Shown here piece by piece: positions 9,645-17,923 of a stretch of 32,000 bases of DNA. Under the pieces are notes generated by a model. That model worked only from the letters and a program-made list of their open reading frames with translations, had not been told where the DNA came from and searched no databases. The stretch is from an uncultured Muribaculaceae bacterium (GTDB lineage Bacteria > Pseudomonadota > Alphaproteobacteria > Rs-D84): NCBI GenBank assembly GCA_965231035.1, contig OZ246409.1:331101-363100 (forward strand), in the 5' to 3' direction. Position 1 is the first letter of the stretch. The number at the start of each line of letters is the position of its first letter. A program made the position numbers and the translations under genes.

Positions 9645-10643
9645 TTATTCTACTATATTATCAATCATACGGTTCATATTTTGTCGGAAATCTTCCCGAT
9701 TAGAAGCCCAAATCAACTGCTTACTCATAAATTTATAAACATCATCCATTGTCAAATTTTGGATTTTTGCATTACCAGCAACCCGTTTCCAAGCCATTCT
9801 GGGATCGGTTAAATGATATCCGCCGCGACCCGGGAAAACCCATTTCCCATTCTGAGGCAGGTCCTGTAAAACAACAACCGCAGCATCTGACAAAGGGTGA
9901 TTTTTCCATGTGTAATGGTTAAAATCTAAATCACGCCACTGCATAGAAAACACCTTGGACTTTGGTATAAACCCGTAAATAAGCATTAAAAAGGCAGATC
10001 TTAGCACCTGAGACTTTTCTTTATTTATTGCAATTAAAAGTCTATCAAATCCGGCCCTGGTCAGTGGACGAACACGACGTTGTTCTTTTACTTTTTCTAT
10101 ATTTGAAACCGGATTTTCAGAAAGATACCCACTTTCTATTGCAAAGTTGAATATGCTGTGCACCAGTTCTTGCATACGGTTTCTGACAACATTACCATCA
10201 ATTTTATCCAACAATTCTTTGACTGTATCAGTATTTATTTCTTGGATATTTGATTCAAATATTGGTCCCAAGTGTCTGACCATTGAACGAACCAATTTTG
10301 CCAAAGATGTTTCGGTCCGATGAACTTTCTTAGTTAAATAAATATCTGCTACTCTTCTGAAGCTGACTTTTTTATGGCGTAGTTTTGGTTTTACACTGGC
10401 AGCTCTTAAAACTTCGGGAACCATAATTCTAGCATCAGCAATTTCAACATCTGGGTATTTTCCGATGATAATTCTGCGGTCATGACCATTTACACGCTTT
10501 CTGACAAAAAAGCTTTTTACCCCGCGATTTGTTATGTACATGCGAAGTCTGGGCTCGGCAGAATCCTGAACCACGTCAAATCCATTACTGGGGATGGGCA
10601 AATTGTCCAAAATATAAGGATTAAACAGAAACTGATGCGCCAT
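9645..10643 (-). CDS. P4-type (DUF4102 arm-domain) integrase homologue, apparently catalytically dead
   Basis: The N-terminus FFVRKRVNGHDRRIIIGKYPDVEIADAR matches the P4-integrase arm-binding domain and is followed by a SAM-like core-binding region. The expected catalytic R, HxxR and Y positions are not conserved (see findings). Confidence 0.6.
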   Translation of the reverse strand: MAHQFLFNPYILDNLPIPSNGFDVVQDSAEPRLRMYITNRGVKSFFVRKRVNGHDRRIIIGKYPDVEIADARIMVPEVLRAASVKPKLRHKKVSFRRVADIYLTKKVHRTETSLAKLVRSMVRHLGPIFESNIQEINTDTVKELLDKIDGNVVRNRMQELVHSIFNFAIESGYLSENPVSNIEKVKEQRRVRPLTRAGFDRLLIAINKEKSQVLRSAFLMLIYGFIPKSKVFSMQWRDLDFNHYTWKNHPLSDAAVVVLQDLPQNGKWVFPGRGGYHLTDPRMAWKRVAGNAKIQNLTMDDVYKFMSKQLIWASNREDFRQNMNRMIDNIVE

Positions 10644-10664
10644 TTACATCTCCTTACTATATAC

Positions 10665-12452
10665 CTAAACTTTCAAAGCATTTATAAATGCGGTTTGTGG
10701 GATTTCGACATTACCGAATGTCCGCAAACGCTTTTTACCCTCTTTCTGCTTTTCTAACAATTTTCTTTTACGCGTAATATCACCACCATAACATTTGGCT
10801 GTAACATCTTTTCTGAACGCAGCGATTGTTTCACGAGCAATAATTTTTCCACCAATTGCCGCCTGGATTGGAATCTTGAATTGATGTCTTGGAATCAAAT
10901 CTTTTAATTTTTCAACAATTTGGCGACCACGTTTTTCCGAAAAAGAACGATGACATAAGAATGATAGAGGTTCGACATTCTCTTCATTAACAAGAATAGA
11001 TACCTTGACCAAATCAGATTCCTGGTACCCCTGCAAAACGTAATCAAAGCTGGCATAGCCACTGGATAAAGATTTCACACGATCATAAAAATCAAAAACT
11101 ATTTCCGCCAATGGCAACTGGTAAACCAAAACCACACGGTTTCCAACATAAGAAATATTTTCCTGAACCCCACGACGTTCAGAACACAGTGCCATAATTC
11201 CACCCATATATTTATCCGGCATCATTATTGTTGCACGAACCCAAGGTTCTTCAATTGATTCAATTAATGTTAAATCTGGAATATCGGCTGGATTTTCCAA
11301 ATCCAGAACTTCACCATTACGCAGGTGCAGCTTATAAAGCACGCTGGGAATTGTATTAATCAGATTCAAATCAAATTCACGAGATAATCTTTCGTTTATG
11401 ATTTCCATATGCAGCAGACCCAAAAAGCCGCAACGCAAACCAAACCCCAGCGCACTGGATTTTTCAACTGTGAACACAAACGAAGCATCATTCAATGCCA
11501 ATTTTTCGGCGCCATCACGCAGATTCGGGTAATCATCTGCCTCTACCGGAAAGAAGCTGGAAAACACAACCGGGATGCTGGGTTTGAACCCGGCCAACCT
11601 TTCAACTGTTGCACGCGCATCTGTAATTGTATCACCGACCTTGCAGTCATGAATTGTCTTCATACCGGTTATGATAAATCCAACTTCACCTGTGGCCAGT
11701 TCATCCACATTAACCATCTTGGGTGTAAAGTATCCGATTTTATCAACAATATATTCTGCGCCTGTTGCTATAAATTTAATCTTTTGACCGCGTTTCAAAC
11801 TTCCATCAACAACACGAACCAAAACCACAACCCCCAGATACGAATCGTACCAAGAATCAACCAACAACGCCCGCGTTGGTGAATCGGCATTTCCCTTTGG
11901 GGCTGGTAATTTTTTTACAATTTCTTCTAATAATTCAGGAACGCCCTGACCTGTTTTTCCAGAAACAGACAAAGCATCCTTTGCATCCAATCCAATAACA
12001 TCGGCCATTTGATCCTTGGCGGCCTGAACATCACTGGAAGGTAAATCAATTTTATTTATAACCGGCAACATTTCCAAATTGTTATCCAAAGCCAGATAAG
12101 CATTTGCCAATGTTTGTGCCTGGACGCCTTGGGTTGCATCAACCAAAATCAAAGCACCTTCGCATGCGGCCAAACTGCGTGAAACCTCGTAAGTAAAATC
12201 CACATGACCAGGGGTATCCATCAAGTTTAACTGATAAACTTCACCATTTTTCGCAGTATAATTCAAACGAACAGTCTGAGCCTTGATTGTAATTCCTCGT
12301 TCGCGTTCGATATCCATACTGTCCAGAACCTGGGCCTTCATTTCACGGGATTCCAATCCCCCTGTGAATTCAATCAATCTGTCCGACAGTGTCGATTTAC
12401 CATGATCAATGTGAGCGACTATTGCAAAATTTCTGATATTTGATTGTTTCAT
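10665..12452 (-). CDS. lepA: Elongation factor 4 (LepA)
   Basis: [26 protein letters not shown]...DTPGHVDF...NKIDLP and the LepA-specific C-terminus ...[26 protein letters not shown]. Confidence 0.96.
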   Translation of the reverse strand: MKQSNIRNFAIVAHIDHGKSTLSDRLIEFTGGLESREMKAQVLDSMDIERERGITIKAQTVRLNYTAKNGEVYQLNLMDTPGHVDFTYEVSRSLAACEGALILVDATQGVQAQTLANAYLALDNNLEMLPVINKIDLPSSDVQAAKDQMADVIGLDAKDALSVSGKTGQGVPELLEEIVKKLPAPKGNADSPTRALLVDSWYDSYLGVVVLVRVVDGSLKRGQKIKFIATGAEYIVDKIGYFTPKMVNVDELATGEVGFIITGMKTIHDCKVGDTITDARATVERLAGFKPSIPVVFSSFFPVEADDYPNLRDGAEKLALNDASFVFTVEKSSALGFGLRCGFLGLLHMEIINERLSREFDLNLINTIPSVLYKLHLRNGEVLDLENPADIPDLTLIESIEEPWVRATIMMPDKYMGGIMALCSERRGVQENISYVGNRVVLVYQLPLAEIVFDFYDRVKSLSSGYASFDYVLQGYQESDLVKVSILVNEENVEPLSFLCHRSFSEKRGRQIVEKLKDLIPRHQFKIPIQAAIGGKIIARETIAAFRKDVTAKCYGGDITRKRKLLEKQKEGKKRLRTFGNVEIPQTAFINALKV

Positions 12453-12487
12453 AAGTGTTTTTAACCCAGTTTAAATTTATAAATTAT

Positions 12488-12592
12488 AAATTGAATTATG
12501 TGAGACGATTGGAGGCGTTTCAGCAGACCCGACGTGTACAAATGCTACACGAGGGTCTGTGAACGCAATCAAGCGGCCACAGAATTTAATTT
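12488..12592. repeat. Palindromic intergenic element, copy B (~105 bp)
   Basis: Aligns along its whole length to copy A by eye (roughly four-fifths identity) in the same orientation. Core is cgtgtacaaatgctacacg. Confidence 0.8.
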
Positions 12593-12659
12593 ATGCGGCA
12601 ATGATACACCAGTATTTCCACCTTTTCAACCTGATTCTTTATGAATTTTTGAATATTTA

Positions 12660-12687
12660 TTGACAAAAACTAAATTAGTAATATAAT
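12660..12687 (+). promoter_or_regulatory. Consensus sigma70 promoter for the three-paralogue operon
   Basis: TTGACA (12660-12665), a 16-nt spacer, then TATAAT (12682-12687). An AAAGGA RBS lies 7 nt before the ATG at 12718. Confidence 0.55.
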
Positions 12688-12717
12688 TATTTCGAATTTA
12701 AGAAAAAGGATTTTGTA

Positions 12718-13197
12718 ATGTTGGCGAATGTTACTTATGAAAATGGATTAAACGAATGTAAACCCGGCAACAATATTTGCAGTATTTTACATAAACCAAA
12801 TCCAGATATTGAAAAATTTATAAATGATGTTGATCGCAGTGGCTCATGCACCAATAAATCAAGAATTGAATATTTCCTTAACAAGGTTGATTTTGGAAGT
12901 TATATACTAGTTCGGTGCGTTAAAAAAGATAAAATTGTTCTTATGACACACGAAGAAATTAAAAAAATCCCAGGCAATGAAAATCTTGATACATTATCAA
13001 TTGATTTTTTGAATAAATCAGAGTCTGATCGTGGTGATTTTAAAAGGCTATTATCCTGCAGGAAAATTATTGATAATATTATGCAAAATCCGCCAAATGA
13101 ATGTACAAAATTAGCTTATAAAGAGTTAGGTCTAAGAGTTGACCGTCGTTTAATAGAATTAAAAAATAATCTTATAAAATGTGACTATTCAAAATAA
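12718..13197 (+). CDS. Hypothetical Cys-motif protein, paralogue 1 (159 aa)
   Basis: Shares F-x-[TN]-x3-[FY]-G-[GS]-x2-[PL]-x2-C-x-K...I[VI][FL] with the next two ORFs. No signal peptide. Confidence 0.6.
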   Translation: MLANVTYENGLNECKPGNNICSILHKPNPDIEKFINDVDRSGSCTNKSRIEYFLNKVDFGSYILVRCVKKDKIVLMTHEEIKKIPGNENLDTLSIDFLNKSESDRGDFKRLLSCRKIIDNIMQNPPNECTKLAYKELGLRVDRRLIELKNNLIKCDYSK

Positions 13198-13199
13198 AA

Positions 13200-13529
13200 A
13201 TGTCAAAAGTCAGTATATTTTACCGTGGTATTGAATTAAACTGCGCAGATTGCGACAATAATTGTCATGCAAAAAATCATTCTGAACAGGAATCAAGAAA
13301 AAAGATTTTTATGACTTTATCAAACTATGGTGGAATGATGCCTTTTCATTGTGAAAAAAATAAAATAATTGTTTTTATAAAAGTTCACGAAATGCCTTTA
13401 AATTCTGATAAAATTGTATTTCGTAAATATTCAGAAAATAAAAAGCCACAATTGATTTGGAAACAAAATTTATCTGCAAAAAGAAAAATTATAAAGAATC
13501 TTTTAGAAGAAAATATTGTTATAAAATAA
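13200..13529 (+). CDS. Hypothetical Cys-motif protein, paralogue 2 (109 aa)
   Basis: Motif C-x2-C-x3-C-x-AK-x7-RK-x2-F-x-T-x3-YGG-x2-P-x2-C. Starts 2 nt after paralogue 1 ends. Confidence 0.6.
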   Translation: MSKVSIFYRGIELNCADCDNNCHAKNHSEQESRKKIFMTLSNYGGMMPFHCEKNKIIVFIKVHEMPLNSDKIVFRKYSENKKPQLIWKQNLSAKRKIIKNLLEENIVIK

Positions 13530-13539
13530 AAGTATTGCT

Positions 13540-13911
13540 ATGAAATTCTTATTTAATAAAAACACTCTAAATAACAATGAAAAGAAACCTAATTGCTACT
13601 GTGCAAATGGTTGTGTTGCAAAACAAAAAGTGCAACAAAATATCAGAAAATCAAGATTTCTTACTGCAAAAGATTTTGGTGGGTATATACCATACTTTTG
13701 TCCTTTTTTTGAAAAATTAATTTTTTTAAAGCCTTCGGATTATAAATTTTTTCCAAATAATAAATTCTTACTTTATGATAAAAATACCAAAATATACTCT
13801 TGGGATAAAGATACCGCTGATCCGTATCGTCAATCTGTCAAAGATGAATTGTCCCCTAAACCATCTGATATTTTGCAAAATAAAATAATATTTTCAAAAA
13901 GATCCAGATAA
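13540..13911 (+). CDS. Hypothetical Cys-motif protein, paralogue 3 (123 aa)
   Basis: Motif C-x-C-x3-C-x-AK-x7-RK-x2-F-x-T-x3-FGG-x2-P-x2-C, colinear with paralogue 2. Confidence 0.6.
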   Translation: MKFLFNKNTLNNNEKKPNCYCANGCVAKQKVQQNIRKSRFLTAKDFGGYIPYFCPFFEKLIFLKPSDYKFFPNNKFLLYDKNTKIYSWDKDTADPYRQSVKDELSPKPSDILQNKIIFSKRSR

Positions 13912-13957
13912 AAGATTATTGATTTTTTTGTGGTTTTTTGATATAATAAAAACACTT

Positions 13958-13990
13958 AAAAGACGCATTTTTCGCGTCTTTTTTTATTAT
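13958..13990 (+). terminator. Rho-independent terminator after the paralogue operon
   Basis: Stem aaaagacgc / gcgtctttt with a 7-nt loop, followed by a T-run. Confidence 0.6.
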
Positions 13991-14014
13991 TAAAATTTTA
14001 TCAAAAGGACAAAA

Positions 14015-14362
14015 ATGAAACCGAGTTTATCTTTCAGAAATAATAATCCTGGAAATTTAAGATTCAGCGAATTTACAATCAGGCATGGTGCAACACACGA
14101 ATCGAATGGGTTTGCGGTTTTTCCAAATTACGAAGTTGGATTTGCAGCGTTATGTGCATTGTTCAAAACAAAAAGTTATCGTGAACTTGGTCTTTATTAT
14201 GCAGTACATCGCTATGCCCCGGCATCTGAAAATAACACTGAAAATTATATAAAGTTTATTGAAAACCAAACAGGTTTTTCGCGTGATGAATTTGTAAAAG
14301 ACCTGGACATTACAAAGCTGGCACAAGCAATTCAAAAATTCGAAGGATGGATACCAAATTAA
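14015..14362 (+). CDS. Hypothetical protein with NNPGNLR ... YAPxxENNT motifs (phage-associated family as I recall)
   Basis: MKPSLSFRNNNPGNLRF...GFAVFPNYEVGFAAL...HRYAPASENNTENYIKFI. An AAAGGA RBS precedes it. No signal peptide. Confidence 0.5.
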   Translation: MKPSLSFRNNNPGNLRFSEFTIRHGATHESNGFAVFPNYEVGFAALCALFKTKSYRELGLYYAVHRYAPASENNTENYIKFIENQTGFSRDEFVKDLDITKLAQAIQKFEGWIPN

Positions 14363-14368
14363 TTATCG

Positions 14369-14713
14369 TTAAATTTTTTCCAACAATTTATCAATTCTGT
14401 CAGCGCGTTCCAATGTGTCGTCATAGCTGAACTTTATATCAGGTACATATTTTTGATTCATACGCGCAGCCAATTCGAAACGAACCATCTTGGTTATTTC
14501 TTCTAAACGTTTCTGGGTCAAAACCCGGTCAGAATTTCTGGTGTAATAAAATAACTTTACAAACCGTAAACCACCATGTGATTCTGAACCAACCAATGAA
14601 ACCATAGATACAATGGAATCTTCGCTGAAATTATCGCGCAGAATTTCTGCGACCAATATTTGAACTTTGCTGGCTATTTTTTCGCCACGATTAAAATTTG
14701 TTTCTTTTTTCAT
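14369..14713 (-). CDS. rbfA: Ribosome-binding factor A
   Basis: RGEKIASKVQILVAEILRD...VSLVGSESHGGLRFVKLFYY...VPDIKFSYDDTLERADRIDKLL is a typical RbfA pattern of the right length. Confidence 0.85.
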   Translation of the reverse strand: MKKETNFNRGEKIASKVQILVAEILRDNFSEDSIVSMVSLVGSESHGGLRFVKLFYYTRNSDRVLTQKRLEEITKMVRFELAARMNQKYVPDIKFSYDDTLERADRIDKLLEKI

Positions 14714-14782
14714 AATAACGATTGTAAATTATTAAATTATAAATTACAATCGGGAAAGTTTAATTTTTAAAAGTGAATTTAT

Positions 14783-15355
14783 ATGAAATTTTTAAGCAAT
14801 CTTATGAAGAAATCTGAACACCCTGCTTTTTTTTGGGTGGTTTTTTTTATGACATTTTGTGAATCTGTGTTTTTGTTTATTCCACCAGAGGTTTTTATTG
14901 CTCCACCAATTTTAGCAAATAAAAAACGTGCAATGCCAACAGTAGTGGCGGCATCATTAGGATCTTTGGTTGGCGGCGCAGTTTCTTATATGATTGGTTT
15001 GTGGTTGTTTGATTCTGTTGGCATGTGGTTGATTAATACTTTTTCCAGCATGGATAATTTTGCAATTGCTCAACAAATGTTTATAAAGCACGGAATATTT
15101 ATTATGTTCTTAGCCGCGTTTACACCTGTTCCATATAAATTGTTGGCAATTTGTGCCGGATTCATTGGGTTTCCAGCAGTTTTATTTTTAGGTGTTTCTG
15201 CAGTATTCAGAACTTTGCGTTTTGCAATCACAGGATTTTTAATCTGGCGTTGGCAAGATAAAGCCCGCGCCATAGCCAAGAAATATTTTTGGCCGTTGAT
15301 GATATTTGCAATACTGTTTGCTGTATCTGGTATTGGGATAATATTTCTTATTTAA
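14783..15355 (+). CDS. YqaA/DedA-family inner-membrane protein
   Basis: FCESVFLFIPPEVFIAPPILANKKRA...ASLGSLVGGAVSYMIG plus several TM segments. Confidence 0.7.
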   Translation: MKFLSNLMKKSEHPAFFWVVFFMTFCESVFLFIPPEVFIAPPILANKKRAMPTVVAASLGSLVGGAVSYMIGLWLFDSVGMWLINTFSSMDNFAIAQQMFIKHGIFIMFLAAFTPVPYKLLAICAGFIGFPAVLFLGVSAVFRTLRFAITGFLIWRWQDKARAIAKKYFWPLMIFAILFAVSGIGIIFLI

Positions 15356-15373
15356 TAATTTAAAATTTTAATT

Positions 15374-15883
15374 TTATTCAACCCAAATGGTTGCATAAGT
15401 TGTTGCTGTTTCAGAGCCTATTGGAATTTTCACATTAGATTTTGTAACATTCAATGTATCTGTTCCGACAGATACATCAGAAATAACGTAACCAGTTCCA
15501 GACGTTGTAACACTGGCCAAACCAGATTCACCCGCAGGACCTTGAATTCCCTGGGGACCTTGGGGACCAATTTCGCCTTGGGGACCCTGTGCACCAGTTT
15601 CACCTTGGGGACCTTGGATACCTTGAATTCCCTGGGAACCTTGGGGACCAGTTTCACCCTGAGGACCCTGTGCACCAGTATCTCCGGTATCACCTTTTGG
15701 ACCCTGAGGACCAGTTTCACCCTGAGGACCTTGAGGTCCAGGAATCAGAGTTACTCCTTCTACAACCCTATCAACATAGGTTTTACTTGCAATATTACCC
15801 GAAGCATAGCCAACAGTGGTTACTATAATTATAGCAACAAGAGAAACCGAAAAAATGCAATTTTTTTTCGTCATATCAACCAT
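15374..15883 (-). CDS. Collagen-like triple-helix repeat protein (169 aa), signal peptide or signal anchor
   Basis: An N-terminal hydrophobic segment and the IASKTYVD motif are followed by 24 uninterrupted G-X-Y triplets ([19 protein letters not shown]...[13 protein letters not shown] 15521-15739) and a ~48-aa C-terminal domain ending TYATIWVE. Confidence 0.85.
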   Translation of the reverse strand: MVDMTKKNCIFSVSLVAIIIVTTVGYASGNIASKTYVDRVVEGVTLIPGPQGPQGETGPQGPKGDTGDTGAQGPQGETGPQGSQGIQGIQGPQGETGAQGPQGEIGPQGPQGIQGPAGESGLASVTTSGTGYVISDVSVGTDTLNVTKSNVKIPIGSETATTYATIWVE

Positions 15884-15933
15884 ACTGAGGATAAATTTAA
15901 AACACTCTTACACGAAATCATAATATTTTTATT

Positions 15934-15961
15934 TGTGTGAAAAAAGAGTTTTTTTCACACA
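15934..15961. other. Strong intergenic stem-loop between fibre genes
   Basis: tgtgtgaaaaaa / ttttttcacaca forms a 12-13-bp perfect stem with a 3-4-nt loop. Confidence 0.5.
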
Positions 15962-15973
15962 AAACAAAAAATA

Positions 15974-16831
15974 TTATCTTTCTACAACTTCCCAAGTATA
16001 TGCTGTTCCATCAAAAGTCAGAACACACTTGCTGGTTGGATTGGAACATGCACCCGGTGCAGCTGTCGCCAATGTACCCAGACTTGCTGTATCAGCTTTT
16101 AATCCCAATGCTGTATTAATAGCTGTTGATGTCATAGCATCAGTGATACCATATCCAGACAATGTTGTTGCTTTATCAGCTTTTGTTCCCAACGATGTAT
16201 CAACTTCTGTTTTTGTATAAGTTGTTGCCTGATCAGCTTTTGCTGCTAAGGCTGTATTAACATCAGCTGTATTTGCTTTTGCTGCTAATGCTGTGTTTAC
16301 ATCGGCTGTATTCGCCTTGGTTGCCAAAGAAGTGTCAACTTCTGTCTTGGTATATGTTGTTGCCTTATCAGCCTTGGCATCTAATGCAGTATTAACAGTT
16401 GCGGTTTGTGCATAACCAGTCAAGTCAGCAGATTGCAATGCTGTATCAGCCTTGCCCAAAGAAGTTTGAACATCTGTTGCCAACTTTGGTTTCGTTACAT
16501 TACCATCTACGATATCAGCAGTTCCAACAGTACTTTTTGTTGCCAATGCACCCAAACTTGCTGTATCAGCCTTTGCACCCAATGCTGTATCAACTTCAGT
16601 CTTGGTATATGTTGTGGCTTGATTTGCTTTAGCTGCTAAAGATGTATCAACTTCACTTTTTGTATAAGTTGTTGCCTGATCAGCTTTTGCTGCTATTGCA
16701 GTATTAATTGTTGTTGTTTGCGATGTATTTTGAGCATCAACATAGTTCTTACTGGCGATTTCAGCATTCGCTGCGCTTGCAAAACCTGCTGCAACTAAGA
16801 TAGCAAACAGACTAGTGGTTATTTTTTTCAT
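15974..16831 (-). CDS. Secreted tail-fibre-repeat protein (285 aa)
   Basis: Signal peptide MKKITTSLFAILVAAGFASAANA and EIASKNYVD. There are at least 5 copies of TTYTK[ST]EVDT[SA]L, ANTADVNTALAAK repeats, LSGYGITDA, and the C-terminal C-x6-C-VLTF...YTWEVV. A GGAGA RBS precedes it. Confidence 0.8.
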   Translation of the reverse strand: MKKITTSLFAILVAAGFASAANAEIASKNYVDAQNTSQTTTINTAIAAKADQATTYTKSEVDTSLAAKANQATTYTKTEVDTALGAKADTASLGALATKSTVGTADIVDGNVTKPKLATDVQTSLGKADTALQSADLTGYAQTATVNTALDAKADKATTYTKTEVDTSLATKANTADVNTALAAKANTADVNTALAAKADQATTYTKTEVDTSLGTKADKATTLSGYGITDAMTSTAINTALGLKADTASLGTLATAAPGACSNPTSKCVLTFDGTAYTWEVVER

Positions 16832-16869
16832 ATTTTTATCTCCTTAATTATATCTTGTATGTTTAAACT

Positions 16870-17772
16870 TTATTGAACTGCAACATCTTCCCAATAAACC
16901 GTTCCTGTTGTTTTATTTATGCTTAACACGCATTGTGCTTGTGCGCCTAAACAGTTTGCAGATGGTTTTGGAACAGAATATGTTTCAACAGCATTTACAG
17001 TTGTATACTTGGTTGTGCTGCCAGTATCTGTTGCGATGTTGTTTGATTTATTAGCAACATCTTCTTTTCCAGACAGGTCTGTATTAATACCTGTTACTAC
17101 ACCACCAACATAGCTTTCAACTGCATGTACAGTCGTATACTTACTTGTGCTGCCTGTATCTGTTGTCATGTTATCTGACTTATTTGCAACATCTTCCTTA
17201 GTTGCCAACGCTGTGTTAACATCTGTTGTGTTTGCTTTTGTTGCTAATCCAGTATCAACATATGTTGTATCTGCTTTGGTTGCCAATGCTGTGGTTACAT
17301 CTGTTGTGTTTGCTTTTGTTGCCAATTGACCATCAACATATGTTGTGTCAGCTTTTGTTGCCAAACCTGTGTTAACGTCTGCTGTTTTTGCATAATCTGT
17401 CAAATCAGCTGATTGCAATGCTGTATCTGCTTTGCCCAAAGTTGTTTGAACATCCAATGACAATTTTGGTTTAGTTACACTTGCATCATCAATATCAGTT
17501 GTTGTAACTGTACTTTTTGTTGCCAATGCACCCAAACTTGCTGTATCAGCCTTTGCACCCAATGCTGTATCAACTTCAGTCTTGGTATAAGTATCCGTTT
17601 TATCAGCTTTTAAATTCAATGCCGATGTTGTATTTGTAGAAAGCGTTGCATTTTGAGCATCAACGTATCCTTTACTGGTCAACTGAGTATCTCCAGGAGC
17701 TGCCTGAGCTGTACCAGCGCCAATCAGAATTACTGACATGACACCAAAAAAGACTATTTTTTTGTTTTTCAT
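16870..17772 (-). CDS. Secreted tail-fibre-repeat protein (300 aa)
   Basis: Signal peptide MKNKKIVFFGVMSVILIGAGTAQA and LTSKGYVDAQN. Also TYTKTEVDTALGAKADTASLGALATKSTV, ATKA[DN]TT[YD]V repeats, a duplicated VANKS[DN]N[MI][TA]TDTGST[ST]KYTTV[HN]AVE[ST]Y unit, and the C-terminal C-x6-C-VLSI...VYWEDV. Confidence 0.8.
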   Translation of the reverse strand: MKNKKIVFFGVMSVILIGAGTAQAAPGDTQLTSKGYVDAQNATLSTNTTSALNLKADKTDTYTKTEVDTALGAKADTASLGALATKSTVTTTDIDDASVTKPKLSLDVQTTLGKADTALQSADLTDYAKTADVNTGLATKADTTYVDGQLATKANTTDVTTALATKADTTYVDTGLATKANTTDVNTALATKEDVANKSDNMTTDTGSTSKYTTVHAVESYVGGVVTGINTDLSGKEDVANKSNNIATDTGSTTKYTTVNAVETYSVPKPSANCLGAQAQCVLSINKTTGTVYWEDVAVQ

Positions 17773-17923
17773 TTTTTTCTCCGTTTTTGTTTTTTATCCC
17801 TTTTTTCTTTTTTAAGAAAACAGGTATATTTTCTTGTGATATTCAAAAATTTTTCAACTTATGCTTATCACTACTCCCTTATTTGATTCAGTTGACTAAA
17901 CAACCAAACCTTATCTACACTTT

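Noticed and set aside
7740-12592. Composite transposon or island bounded by direct copies A and B of the palindromic element and carrying the integrase-like gene
   Set aside because: The enclosed cargo is core housekeeping (fabF, acpP, lepA). The flanking elements are ~100-bp hairpins with no coding capacity. The integrase homologue appears catalytically dead. Dispersed REP/MITE-like copies explain the pattern more simply.
13919-13990. Promoter-like TTGATT-17-TATAAT followed within ~10 nt by the terminator hairpin, which could be a tiny sRNA or attenuator
   Set aside because: The hairpin is adequately explained as the terminator of the three-paralogue operon. The promoter-like hexamers are plausible chance matches in AT-rich sequence.
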